From Octopus vulgaris (lineage: Eukaryota), in NCBI GenBank assembly GCA_951406725.2, contig OX597831.1, positions 38,068,001 through 38,132,000 of the forward strand: a DNA stretch of 64,000 nucleotides, in the 5' to 3' direction. A program made the translations under genes and the position numbers. The notes below the pieces were generated by a model. It did not search any database and had not been told where the DNA came from. It saw only the letters and a list, made by a program, of their open reading frames with translations. Shown piece by piece: positions 25,503 through 37,684 of this stretch (positions are counted from its first letter, which is position 1; every line of letters starts with the position of its first letter).

Positions 25503-25879
25503 ATAGGATATCCCAGGAACAGCTTACTCTAAATTATTATAAAATGATTATTAATGTATATACATATATACATATACATACATATATATATATATATGTG
25601 TTGTATCAAGAAACAAGTACTAATTAATGGCTAATTTATAAGTCATGGGGCTGTATGGATATATTTACATTTCACATTGTACTATTTCTATTCAATGAAC
25701 GATTTTGGCTAATATACTTATAATCGTTTGTCCATCTATGAAAATATTGCTTCAAAACGGTTGCAAAACGCTGTTTTCCTTCTTATATTTCCATGTGTTT
25801 ATCATTAAATTCACCTAACCAACCGTAACGAAATATTTTTCCAGATATGGACATAAATCATATATATATATATACATAG

Positions 25880-25950
<71 letters not shown>

Positions 25951-26420
25951 AATATATATATATATATAAACACACACACACACACATAAGGGGGAGAAAT
26001 AGAGAGTAATTCGCGGAGAGAGAGTAAAGTGAGACACAGATAAAGTAGGAGAGAGGGGAGAGGGAGAACGAGAGAAAAGGGATGAGATGGAAGTGAGTTG
26101 GAGAATGTCACATGTTGATATGTTAGCTGGATAGAGGTCAGCGATCTCATTTACATCATGGTCATTATATAAATATCTGTTGTTCACTGATCTGTATTAG
26201 CAGTGTCATGGAGAGGCAGAGTTCATCACTCATATCAGTAGGAACTTTATATAATGGATTTTAAACGGATGGGGATTTCTTAAATATATTCTGGTAACTC
26301 AATATACAATATATTTCTCATTTGAAAACTTGGATGCAAGCAAGAAACTATGTATGTATGCTCGTGTTTATACATACACGCATACATAAATGCATACACA
26401 CTCATATACACTCATATACA

Positions 26421-26518
<98 letters not shown>

Positions 26519-27165
26519 ACAAAATAGATAGAGTACTATTTGTTGATTTTTCTGTCACGGAACAGTGCATTGTGTGTGTGTGTATGTGTGTGTGTGTGTT
26601 TGTTTCTGTGTATATATGTACAATTTTCTTTCAATACAGGTTGTTTAAGGCCTTTGAATGAAACACGCATGTTTCCACAGGTAAATTATTCAACCATGCC
26701 TGGAACTCAGAGTACCATGGAATCCCAATCAAGCTGTTATATATGCATATATATATATATACCAAAATAAACTCATAAACTCGGATAGAAGGTGGGGAAA
26801 AAGAGTACTGGAATACCGGAGGTAGAGTAATATGCTTTATTATTATTAAAGCTGCAATAGCATCACAAAAATATCCTAATAAACTGCTACTAAGAGTTTA
26901 TTTTGATCCATTCTCAATCTAAACCATCTGACGAATGGGAATATGAAACTCTGAATAAGTGTATGTATCTATTATGTTTTTGCTGTATTAATAATAATAA
27001 AGTATACATATAAATATCCATGGCGGTGCCCCAGCATGGCCACAGCTCATAAGCTGAAACTAGAATCAATCAATCAATCAATCAATCATACATATGCATG
27101 TATACACATATACATATAGTAGAAACAATGGTTACGGAAGATAGAGTATACTGGAAAGTTTATTT

Positions 27166-27267
27166 ATCACGACGATCGTTTCGACACGTCCTGCATCGGT
27201 CACTTGCGGGTGTGATACAATGCAAATAATTTTCGTGCAAGGGGGAGGACGCATCTTTTCAGGTGAT
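27166..27267 (-). ncRNA. Type I hammerhead motif with a G8-to-A core substitution
   Basis: Minus strand ATCAC CTGAAAA GATGCGTCCT...AGGACGTGTC GAAA CGATCG TC GTGAT: 5-bp stem I, 10-bp stem II, palindromic stem III. Confidence 0.6.
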
Positions 27268-27409
27268 GTAACGCAGTATTCCGCTACATAAGTAATATTT
27301 GATTTTAGTCTAAACTACACAATGTTGAAAGTAGATGTATCTAGAATGCATTGAGAAGTGCCAACGCACGAAAATCTCGGACCTTCAGTCGCTCAGTTAC
27401 TCCCGGTAA

Positions 27410-27459
<50 letters not shown>

Positions 27460-28533
27460 ACAATTGTCCTTATACGATAAGTATATTTTTTCTCTAGCAT
27501 TGATACGACTCTTGATCTGTCTCTTTCTCTCTCTCTCTCCTCCCTTATCCCCCTTCTTTCTTTCTTTCCCTCTCCATCCGTTCCCCCTCCTTCCCCCCTT
27601 CCACGTTTCTCTATCTCTCTTACCTCCACTCCCCTCGATATGTCTCTTTCTTCTCCTCCCTCGTCCACCTTCTCTCTCTCTTCATCTGTCCCTTTCTCCT
27701 GTGTTTTGTTCTCACGTGACCGCTAGCCACTGCTGGGCGCCCTTTTCGTTCCAGCAGTCGTCGAAACAACACGTATTTGTTCGTCTCCCTGCGGCCATTA
27801 GGCACTACTTCATTAGCCAGCCCCAACTCAACTCGTCCTGTCGAAAGACCCTTGTCCTACGTCCTGGTTTTGTTTTGTTTTTTATCTTTACCGTTATTGT
27901 TTTTACGTTTTTGTATTCTTATTCGTGCTTTCCTTATTGTTGTCACGTATTCTGTATTTTTTTTCGTGTACTTCGTTCGTTTTCCGTCCTCGTGTTGTAT
28001 ACATTCGAAGCTTTCTTCCAAGGGATCTAATGCGCTTGTCTTAGATTTTCCTTTGGGGGCTGCCCAGATCGGAGCAATCTCAAGATTAATCAGCCGAAAT
28101 TGCGAAGATGATCTGGTTCTTGACTGATGACTGAGGGCTTCGAATGTCCCGTCCTGTGGTTCTTGTGTCGTCTCTTTGGTGTTTCATGTTCTTGTCCATG
28201 TCTGTATTTATTTTTTACTGTTTACATATATATATATATATATATATAAATTCAGAGAAAAACCACTATTATGCAATTCAAACAATGATATACATAAATC
28301 AAATCATAAATAAAAAATAAAATATATTTTAAAACGCATAACTAGAAAAAAAAAGTACAAAAATGAATTAACAATATATAATAAGTAATAAGTATAATAA
28401 GTAATATATAATAAGTATACCGGAACAAACGCATAAATGTGAGACAAGGAGGAAAAAGAGTACTGAAGTACGAATGGGAACGTGAAACTCTGAGTAACAG
28501 TTTTTGTGATATTTCTGCTACTTGTATATAAAG

Positions 28534-28594
<61 letters not shown>

Positions 28595-28853
28595 CAATTG
28601 TTATATTTATATACTTACTCGCTGACAATTTTCTCTTTTCCACTAGGCCGTTGGTAGCGATAAATTTCTATTGAATTTTTTTGCTACCCTAAATTGACTA
28701 ATTGATAATTTTCTGAATAATTCTGAGATTGAATCGGCAGTTTATATTTACTGCTGATAAGTTTGGCGCGAATACGTCAGTCTTGAAAATTTTAAGACAG
28801 ATATTCCCTAGGCATCGATACAGACGCCTCGTGTATATTTGTCTCTCCCAGGT

Positions 28854-28953
28854 TTTTTACTGATGAAATGTAACCTATGGTAGATTAGCTTAATTTAATT
28901 TAATTAAGCTAATTTAATCATTAATGACACAGAAACGTTGCAACGTCTAAAAG
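28854..28953 (+). ncRNA. Type I hammerhead motif, array unit 1 (GUC at 28945-28947)
   Basis: TTTTA CTGATGA...long hairpin...GAAA CGTTGCAACG TC TAAAA; the base of stem II has a G-to-A change in this unit. Confidence 0.7.
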
Positions 28954-29327
28954 ATGAATTAGGGTAAATGTTTTTGAATTTTCACCTAATTTTTGAATTA
29001 CTACTACTTGGCGGTGTGAGTTATGGCTGCTCTTTCTGGTGGACGAATGACCTGTTAGGGTCATTCCTAAATTGTTATATTTATATACTTAGTCGCTGAC
29101 TATTTTCTCTTTTCCACTAGGCCGTTGGTAGCGATAAATTTCTATTAAATTTTTTTGCTACCCTAAATTGACTAATTGATAATTTTCTGAATAATTCTGA
29201 GATTGAATCGGCAGTTTATATTTACTGCTGATAAGTTTGGCGCGAATACGTCAGTCTTGAAAATTTTAAGACAGATATTCCCTAGGCATCGATACAGACG
29301 CCTCGTGTATATTTGTCTCTCCCAGGT

Positions 29328-29427
29328 TTTTTACTGATGAAGTGTAACCTATGGTAGATTAGCTTAATTTAATTTAATTAAGCTAATTTAATCATTAATG
29401 ACACAGAAACGTTGCAACGTCTAAAAG
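29328..29427 (+). ncRNA. Type I hammerhead motif, array unit 2 (predicted cleavage after 29421)
   Basis: TTTTA CTGATGA A GTGT...ACAC A GAAA CGTTGCAACG TC TAAAA. Confidence 0.78.
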
Positions 29428-29801
29428 ATGAATTAGGGTAACTGTTTTTGAATTTTCACCTAATTTTTGAATTACTACTACTTGGCGGTGTGAGTTATGG
29501 CTGCTCTTTCTGGTGGACGAATGACCTGTTAGGGTCATTCCTAAATTGTTATATTTATATACTTAGTCGCTGACTATTTTCTCTTTTCCACTAGGCCGTT
29601 GGTAGCGATAAATTTCTATTGAATTTTTTTGCTACCCTAAATTGACTAATTGATAATTTTCTGAATAATTCTGAGATTGAATCGGCAGTTTATATTTACT
29701 GCTGATAAGTTTGGCGCGAATACGTCAGTCTTGAAAATTTTAAGACAGATATTCCCTAGGCATCGATACAGACGCCTCGTGTATATTTGTCTCTCCCAGG
29801 T

Positions 29802-29901
29802 TTTTTACTGATGAAGTGTAACCTATGGTAGATTAGCTTAATTTAATTTAATTAAGCTAATTTAATCATTAATGACACAGAAACGTTGCAACGTCTAAAA
29901 G
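29802..29901 (+). ncRNA. Type I hammerhead motif, array unit 3 (predicted cleavage after 29895)
   Basis: Same motif as unit 2. Confidence 0.78.
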
Positions 29902-30276
29902 ATGAATTAGGGTAAATGTTTTTGAATTTTCACCTAATTTTTGAATTACTACTACTTGGCGGTGTGAGTTATGGCTGCTCTTTTCTGGTGGACGAATGAC
30001 CTGTTAGGGTCATTCCTAAATTGTTATATTTATATACTTAGTCGCTGACTATTTTCTCTTTTCCACTAGGCCGTTGGTAGCGATAAATTTCTATTGAATT
30101 TTTTTGCTACCCTAAATTGACTAATTGATAATTTTCTGAATAATTCTGAGATTGAATCGGCAGTTTATATTTACTGCTGATAAGTTTGGCGCGAATACGT
30201 CAGTCTTGAAAATTTTAAGACAGATATTCCCTAGGCATCGATACAGACGCCTCGTGTATATTTGTCTCTCCCAGGT

Positions 30277-30376
30277 TTTTTACTGATGAAGTGTAACCTA
30301 TGGTAGATTAGCTTAATTTAATTTAATTAAGCTAATTTAATCATTAATGACACAGAAACGTTGCAACGTCTAAAAG
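30277..30376 (+). ncRNA. Type I hammerhead motif, array unit 4 (predicted cleavage after 30370)
   Basis: Same motif as unit 2. Confidence 0.78.
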
Positions 30377-30980
30377 ATGAATTAGGGTAAATGTTTTTGA
30401 ATTTTCACCTAATTTTTGAATTACTACTACTTGGCGGTGTGAGTTATGGCTGCTCTTTCTGGTGGACGAATGACCTGTTAGGGTCATTCCTAAATTGTTA
30501 TATTTATATACTTAGTCGCTGACTATTTTCTCTTTTCCACTAGGCCGTTGGTAGCGATAAATTTCTATTGAATTTTTTTGCTACCCTAAATTGACTAATA
30601 TATATATATATATGTATAATTGATTAGAGAACGAACATTACACTCGGACCAACGACTTTATTTAACCCCACGCTTCTAAACATTCCATCATATATAGAAT
30701 ATATTTTGTATTTTTATATGTGCACATATATATGTATATATATTTAGCTTCGGTGTTTTTATATGTATTCCTTTCAGATGTTGATGAAATGTATGGAAGC
30801 GTGGAGTTATATAAAGTGGCTTGCCTCAATTTGATGTTTATTCTCTAATCAATGATTTTTTGTCTCTGTCTCAATTTCACTTGAGCACATCCTTTTTGGA
30901 CCCCTATATATCTTTTTTTGGTTTCCATAAAAATAAACGAAAATTATTTCTCTTCATATATATATGCTTACATGTATATA

Positions 30981-31170
30981 CAGTAATCCTTTGGCTATCG
31001 CGGGTGGTACGTTCTAAAACCACCGCAATAGGTGAAAATCCGCAAAGTAAAAACAGTACTATACTGTATATCGTTTTAATCATTTTTATAATCTGTATAT
31101 ATTTATTTTATTATAAATGCAAAAGAACACCACGGAGGAATCGACATAAGCTTAAATAATAAATCGCGAT
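30981..31170 (+). mobile_element. Possible pogo/Tigger-type DNA transposon or MITE left end
   Basis: TA|CAGTAATCCTTTGGCTATCGCGG...TTCTAAAACCACCGC resembles Tigger-type termini; matching right end not found. Confidence 0.4.
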
Positions 31171-31196
31171 ATATATATATATATATTCATATATAT

Positions 31197-31613
31197 AAAT
31201 ACCTATTTCTTTACTACCCACTAGGGGCTAAACACAGAGAGGACAAACAAGGAGAGGCAAACGGATTAAGTCGATTACATCGACCCTAGTGCGTAACTGA
31301 TACTTAATTTATCGACCTCGAAAGGATGAAAGGCTAAGTCGACCTCGGCGGAATTTGAACTCAGAACGTAAAGCCAGACGAAATACCTATTTCTTTACTA
31401 CCCACAGGGGGCTAAACAAAGAGACGACAAACAAGGTCAGACAAACGGATTAAGACGATTACATCGACCCCAGTGCGTAACTCGTACTTAATTTATCGAT
31501 CCCCCGAAAGGATGAAAGGCAAAGTCGACATCGGCGGAATTTGAACGTAACGGCAGACAAAATACCGTTAAGCTTTTCACCCGGCGTGCTAACGTTTCTG
31601 CCAGCCCACCGCC
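31197..31613 (-). mobile_element. SINE family A with tandemly duplicated 3' module (period about 184 bp)
   Basis: AAATACCTATTTCTTTACTACCCAC...GAAAGGATGAAAGGC...GGCGGAATTTGAAC occurs twice; the head ends at TTCTGCCAGCCCACCGCC. Confidence 0.8.
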
Positions 31614-32061
31614 TTCAGTTTTAACCTAATAATAAACACAATTAAGCATTTCTGCTCGCTGTCATTAAGAGTGGTGATATATATATTGTAGACACTCCAC
31701 ATTTTTCATTTTCACTATGATACTTCTATCCTTCTTTTACGTTCAGCCCCTCCTCTATATCTATCCCGCTATCATGATGTTTGTTAACGGATGAATATTT
31801 AATCTTAAGTATCACGTGGACAATAAAACTAAAATGAAATGACGCACGACCCCTCCTCCCCAATAAAACACGTATGTAATATATATAATATATATTATAT
31901 ATATATACATATATATAGGTGTGTGTGTGCTTGTGTTTATATATATATGCATTTATATATACATGCATATCCATACACACATATGTATACACATATGCAC
32001 ATACATGCATATATGTGTGTATGCATCTATGTATATATATGTATATATATGTATATATATA

Positions 32062-32101
<40 letters not shown>

Positions 32102-32472
32102 CATCTCTATTCGGCCTTGCTTATATTAATAGGAATATGAAAGGGGTATTTAAATCAGATGCACTTTAACGTCGTTTTTAATTGTTATATGATATAAAGT
32201 TACAGAATAAAATAAAATTAATCAGCATAGGGAATAAATGTAATTATACATTTTACGACATAATGCCGAACTGTTTAGCAAAATTTTAATAGCTTTATTC
32301 ATACTTCAATGAGAAAATAATTATGCAGGCTGGCGAAAATATAGCAGCTGGTTACGATATGATGAGCCTTTGAATGGATAGATATGCTACCCGCTACGTG
32401 ATGCACGAATCACTTTGGATCAAGTGAGGAAAAAAAATGACGGCTCATATATTAAGGAGCTTAACATGTACA

Positions 32473-32640
32473 GGCGCAGGCGCGGCTATGTGGTAAGAAG
32501 CTTGCTTCATAACCACATGGTGTCTCGTTCAATGTGGCAGCTTAGGCAATTGTCTTCTTCTATAGAATCTTCTATAGGATCGTGCCGACGAAAGCCTTGA
32601 GAATGGATTTGTTAAACAGGCAATGAAAGCAGTCCGTCGT
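32473..32640 (+). mobile_element. SINE family B, 5' part
   Basis: GGCGCAGGCGCGGCTATGTGGTAAGAAGCTTGCT...AACCACATGG matches the copy at 19547. Confidence 0.65.
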
Positions 32641-32652
32641 ACACAGACACTA

Positions 32653-32686
<34 letters not shown>

Positions 32687-32918
32687 GTAATGTTAAGGAG
32701 AATTCAAATAGGTTTAACAATAAATGTAAACATATATTGCGCCATGGATCGATGTATATTAGTTTTTAAATATACACAAATATCAATCATTACAATATCA
32801 AAACCTACCGAAAATCTATGAACACATAAATATATAAAAATGTAATATACATATATGAAAAGACGAATGGGATTAAGTTATATAAATATACATGTATAAA
32901 AGTATAACTGTATAATTA

Positions 32919-33135
<217 letters not shown>

Positions 33136-33706
33136 ATAACAATCGCATTAAAAGGCGTTGTAGAAAATATTTTAAAATAAATATGCTCTTACGAGAAGGC
33201 GAATAAGATAAAGTCTAGAAAATTACGACTTTTAAATCTCACAACGAAATATATTCAGCAACAGTACTTTGGAGTAAAAATGGTTTGCCAGCATAACATA
33301 GCAGTCCTGGTTTAGGACGAATGTTGCTGTAATTTATCCCCAGGAGACATCGTCTCCAGCTGGCTATACGACAAAATATCTGTCCTTATATTTTTGAAAA
33401 TATATGAACATCTGCATGTTCATAAGCGCATCTTTTAACGTGCTTCCAAATGGATAATACTAAATATAACTAAACATACTAATCATCCAAGCAGGTGGGT
33501 ATATGTGTGGCGTATTTGAAAGCGCTCTTCGATTTCAGGTTTTTCATCGATTTTTATAATAGGATGAACTTATGTTTAATTCGTTTATTTTCTTTATTGA
33601 ATGCTTAAGACCGTTATTTGAAAGGACCAATGAAACAAATCCATTTTTAAAGGTGTATCCTTTAACTAGTTTTGATCATATCGTTATTTCTGTTCTATTT
33701 TAACAA

Positions 33707-33853
33707 AACTGTCCGGCGAACGGGAACGTGAAACTCTGAGTAACAGCTTTTGTTATATTTCTGCTACTTTTAAATAAAGCATTTAACTCTTCCTCTGGCA
33801 TTTGAGTACTCTCTTTTTTCCACCTTGTTTCCCATTTACATGCTTACTCCGGT
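33707..33853 (+). mobile_element. Short repeat carrying a degenerate hammerhead (probable PLE pLTR relic; related copies near 26770-27000, 28418-28525 and 57858-57998)
   Basis: AACTGT CCGGCGA ACG-GGAA-CGT GAAA CTCTGAG TA ACAG followed by TAAAGCAT...GAGTACTCT...CCACCTTGTTTC...ACTCCGGTATATA, shared among copies. Confidence 0.6.
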
Positions 33854-34546
33854 ATATATACATATACAGAGAGAGAGAGAGAGAGAGAGATGTTTGTATG
33901 AATACACATTTATATGTATGTGTATGTGTATATATATATATATACATATATATACATATATATACATATATATACTCATAAGTAACCATTTATATCCATT
34001 CATAGAGACATAGAGAGAAACAGAGAGAACGTGTGTGTTTGTTGGTGTAAAATACAGCTATACACAAAAGCAGAAAATTATGAATAAATCAATAAAGGCA
34101 TACTTACAAAACAGCATCCACATACAAACACGCACAAATATGAACATCGTACACTTCTCTGCAGTCATCAAAATCCACCATGGCATATACACGAACATAA
34201 ACATGTACGCCAAGCACGCAAAATCGTGGAGTAAAATCACATAAAGTCATACATTGATATATACATATATAAGCGAAAATTACTAATAAACACGAACATA
34301 AACAAAGGAACACCCATGCACACCTCTTCACACGATATATGTGCCCTCAGGTTTACTGCGGGCAACAAGGTTGACTTTGTTCGTAAACATACACATATAT
34401 TTCCTCGGATACACACACTCACTCGTTCTCACATTCACAATTACATTTTTACACATGCACACTCGTATCTGTGCACCTATACATTCAAACATACATAGGT
34501 GTATATATTATACATATATGTATATATGATATGCATATGTGTGTGC

Positions 34547-34580
<34 letters not shown>

Positions 34581-34698
34581 TACATTACCTATCATACACA
34601 TGTTTTTTCTATAATAAGAAATAGGAACCGTCAGAATTTTGGATAATTCTTTATTTAGCGGTTTCGTCCATTCGTGGGGACTCTTCTATTTCTTGTAC

Positions 34699-34729
<31 letters not shown>

Positions 34730-34731
34730 CG

Positions 34732-34772
<41 letters not shown>

Positions 34773-34793
34773 ATGTGTGTGTGTGTGTGTGTC

Positions 34794-34828
<35 letters not shown>

Positions 34829-35282
34829 ACAGACATATACATAACTGTGTGTGAGTCTATGTCCATTAATGTTTGTGTTAATATAACATACCGAGCGAGT
34901 TGCACCAAAGGAATGAAGATATACATTTAGATTTTGAGGCAGAAATCGCAGTAAAAAGCAATTTTTTTCTGCTGTTTCAGCCCAAAGCTAGCTTACTTGC
35001 AGTTTTTGTTTACGTTGTATGAAATGTGTTTACACAATATTTTCTAACCATTGGTTTCAGTTCAAACACGTGTTTTTATGTTCTTCCGTGTCGGTGGAGG
35101 GGTCTGAGCGAGAAAGAAATGCAAGGTAGACAGTATATTCAATACATCCGAGATTGTGGAGAGGAAAGGAAATTGTTTTTTTCTCAAACTGGGAACTGTC
35201 TCAAATCTTTCTAAGATAGTAGACCCAGCTAATGGCAAACAAGGGCCGCACACCGATGTTAAACCATGCGATGAATCAAATG

Positions 35283-35360
<78 letters not shown>

Positions 35361-35995
35361 CCTCAGACAGATCTACGGCATTAAGTGGGAGGACCGCATC
35401 AGTGATCTTGAAATATTGGAAGGCTCTCGGTGTGAAAGTATAGAAGCTCTTGTGTTAAAGCAAAGGCTCAGATGGAGTCGTCATCTGGTCAGAATGAAGG
35501 ATTCAAGGATGCCAAAACAACTCTTTTATGGAGAGTTAGCTAAAGGAGAACGACCTCCACATAACCAAAGAAGAGGTATAAGGACTTGCTGAAGGCTTCC
35601 TTAAGAGATGCTTGCATCTCTCCTGACACATGGGAAGGCATAGCTATTGATCGTAGCAGGTGGAGAAGGACTGTGCATGAGGGGACAGCCACTTTTCAGA
35701 AATCTCGAGTTGCACATGAGAAAGTAAGGAGGGATGTCAGGAAGCGCATCGCTGTTACACTTCCAGAAGGAAGGGTCTTCCTTTGATTCTGACATGCAAC
35801 ATCTGTGCAAGAGGCAGGAGGACTTAAACGACATGCAAAGGTACATGAAGCCCAGTTACAACTACAGCCGGCTATTACCAGTTTCAGTTGCCAATTTTGT
35901 ACAAGACATTGTAGATCTATAGCTGGGCTTAAAAGTCACATTCGATCAGTTAAGCTTCATGCAATGGCCATACTCGATAACGAGGGGGCAGCCAT
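35361..35995 (+). mobile_element. 3' fragment of an RTE-clade LINE ORF2 with a C-terminal C2H2-like zinc finger (frameshifted)
   Basis: LRQIYGIKWEDRISDLEILE...QRLRWSRHLVRMKDSRMPKQLFYGEL / WEGIAIDRSRWRRTV / FSCQFCTRHCRSIAGLKSHIRS. Confidence 0.85.
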
Positions 35996-37684
35996 AATAT
36001 ATATATATATATATATACAGAAATAACAAAATGGAGGGGATCAAGTGGTGGTATTCAGCATCTTTTAGACATAGTTTTATGTCTATTTATTAAAAAAAAC
36101 AATTATAACACTATACATACATGTATAACATATGCTTTACATATAAAAAATATTAAAATACCAGTAATTATTAAAATATATAACGTAAAGCATAGAAAGT
36201 AGGATGGTATCTTATAACTGTTTCAGCCAAGATGCCATAGTACCCCACTCTACTTCCATCCCTACATGTGAACTGAAGCATAAAATAATCGGTTCCTTCC
36301 ATAAAATCCTCAAACTTTTACCTACTTCTTTTTCCTGTTTTCTCGGTCTGCCTTCGACAGTCGCTCAATTCTGGCACTATAATTATTTTGATATGTACAC
36401 GCTTTCTAAGGTATGTTTGCGTCAACAGAAATTTATTCTTAAGAGCCTTTTATAAAATACAGTTAAGATATCTATACACGTTCTGATTGAGTCTCTCTTG
36501 CTGAATGTTCAAACACACCATCTATGTTTCATGTAAACTTTACAGAATTCTTGTCAAAATGCACCTACACGTTCCCCGTTAATATTTTCTCTTCCAGGAA
36601 TAAATGCATACTTCTTTCATTATTGGTTTCAAATTTGCTCCTCCGATGTCGACTTTCCCTTTCATCCTTTCGTGGTTGATGAAATAAGTACCAGTTACGC
36701 ACTGGGATCGATGTAATCGACTATCCCTCTCTTCCAAATTTTCAGGCCATGTGCCTATATGAGAAAGGTTTATTGGTTTCAAATTTTGGCACAAGCCAAG
36801 CACGTTCGCAGAAGGGAGCTTGTTGGTTACATCGACTCCGGTGGTACTTTATTTATCGACCCCGAAGGGAAGAAAGCAAGAGTCTACCTTGACAGATTTA
36901 GAGTTTTGATTCTGGCAGCTCATCGCCGTCATTCTTTCGGTATTGGCAACGAAAATATAGGAACAATAACTAAACGAATAGACCGACTGTGCTATTCATG
37001 TTTTCGGATCGATAAAATAAAGACCACTTGAACACGGAGATCGATTTGTCCCTCTTCAAAACTGCGGATCTTGTACCAAAATATGGAACCAATAATTAAA
37101 TGGAAAAGACTTATAAACATTGGCATTATTATAATATTGAAACTTGAAACATCCTCTCTGAACACATTTACATATCCGTGTGTTCTATATTTATGGTTGT
37201 CACGTAATCTGGAAATTCATGGCCACCACTAATACATCTGAACCTAAGAAACATTTTGTAAACTGTAAATCTTCCATTCCTTCTAAACACTATTGACGGT
37301 TAGCTTAATTTTCATAATCTATTTTGACAAATATTATGACATTTTTCCACTGAAATCTTTTCAGATTGTCACTTTATAAAACACATTTAAAATATAGATT
37401 TTACTGCAACATTTTTACTGTCATTCGTATCAAACATATGTTTATTACTTCAGTCATTATGTCAATTTTTTTTTTCATTATGCTACGGCAATGACGGTGA
37501 AAACAGTGACGGCGCTGTCTGAGAATGTACAGATACATTACCTGTTGAAAAACTACAAGACTCAAAATGTGAAAGCTAAAACTTGTTGATTTCTTCATTA
37601 TAAAGTTCTCAAGTAGGAATTATTTATATAACTGTTTACATGAATTTCTAATTTATGATAGACAGCGTGTATCCATATATATAT

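Larger units (their letters stand above)
28596..30599 (+). mobile_element. Retrozyme-like tandem array: 4 full 474/475-bp units plus about 105 bp, one hammerhead motif per full unit, inserted in (TA)n
   Basis: Units start at 28596, 29070, 29544, 30019 and 30493; only a few differences between units; no ORF; (TA)n on both sides. Confidence 0.85.

Noticed and set aside
27422-28127. 202-aa and 116-aa ORFs
   Set aside because: They start in microsatellite or CT-rich sequence; the region resembles 54680-54800 in reverse and is more likely an unclassified dispersed repeat.
28958-29065. TTAGGG/CCCTAA hexamers in the array unit as a telomere link
   Set aside because: They are isolated hexamers, mostly in or next to hairpin stems, and not tandem telomeric repeats.
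28596-30599. CRISPR array or coding repeat interpretation of the 474-bp array
   Set aside because: Units are identical along their whole length with no variable spacers, there is no ORF of 60 aa or more and no cas genes, and the context is eukaryotic.
36340-36580. Possible minus-strand GIY-YIG C-terminal remnant
   Set aside because: Only a faint resemblance across several frameshifts; it cannot be supported without a profile search.
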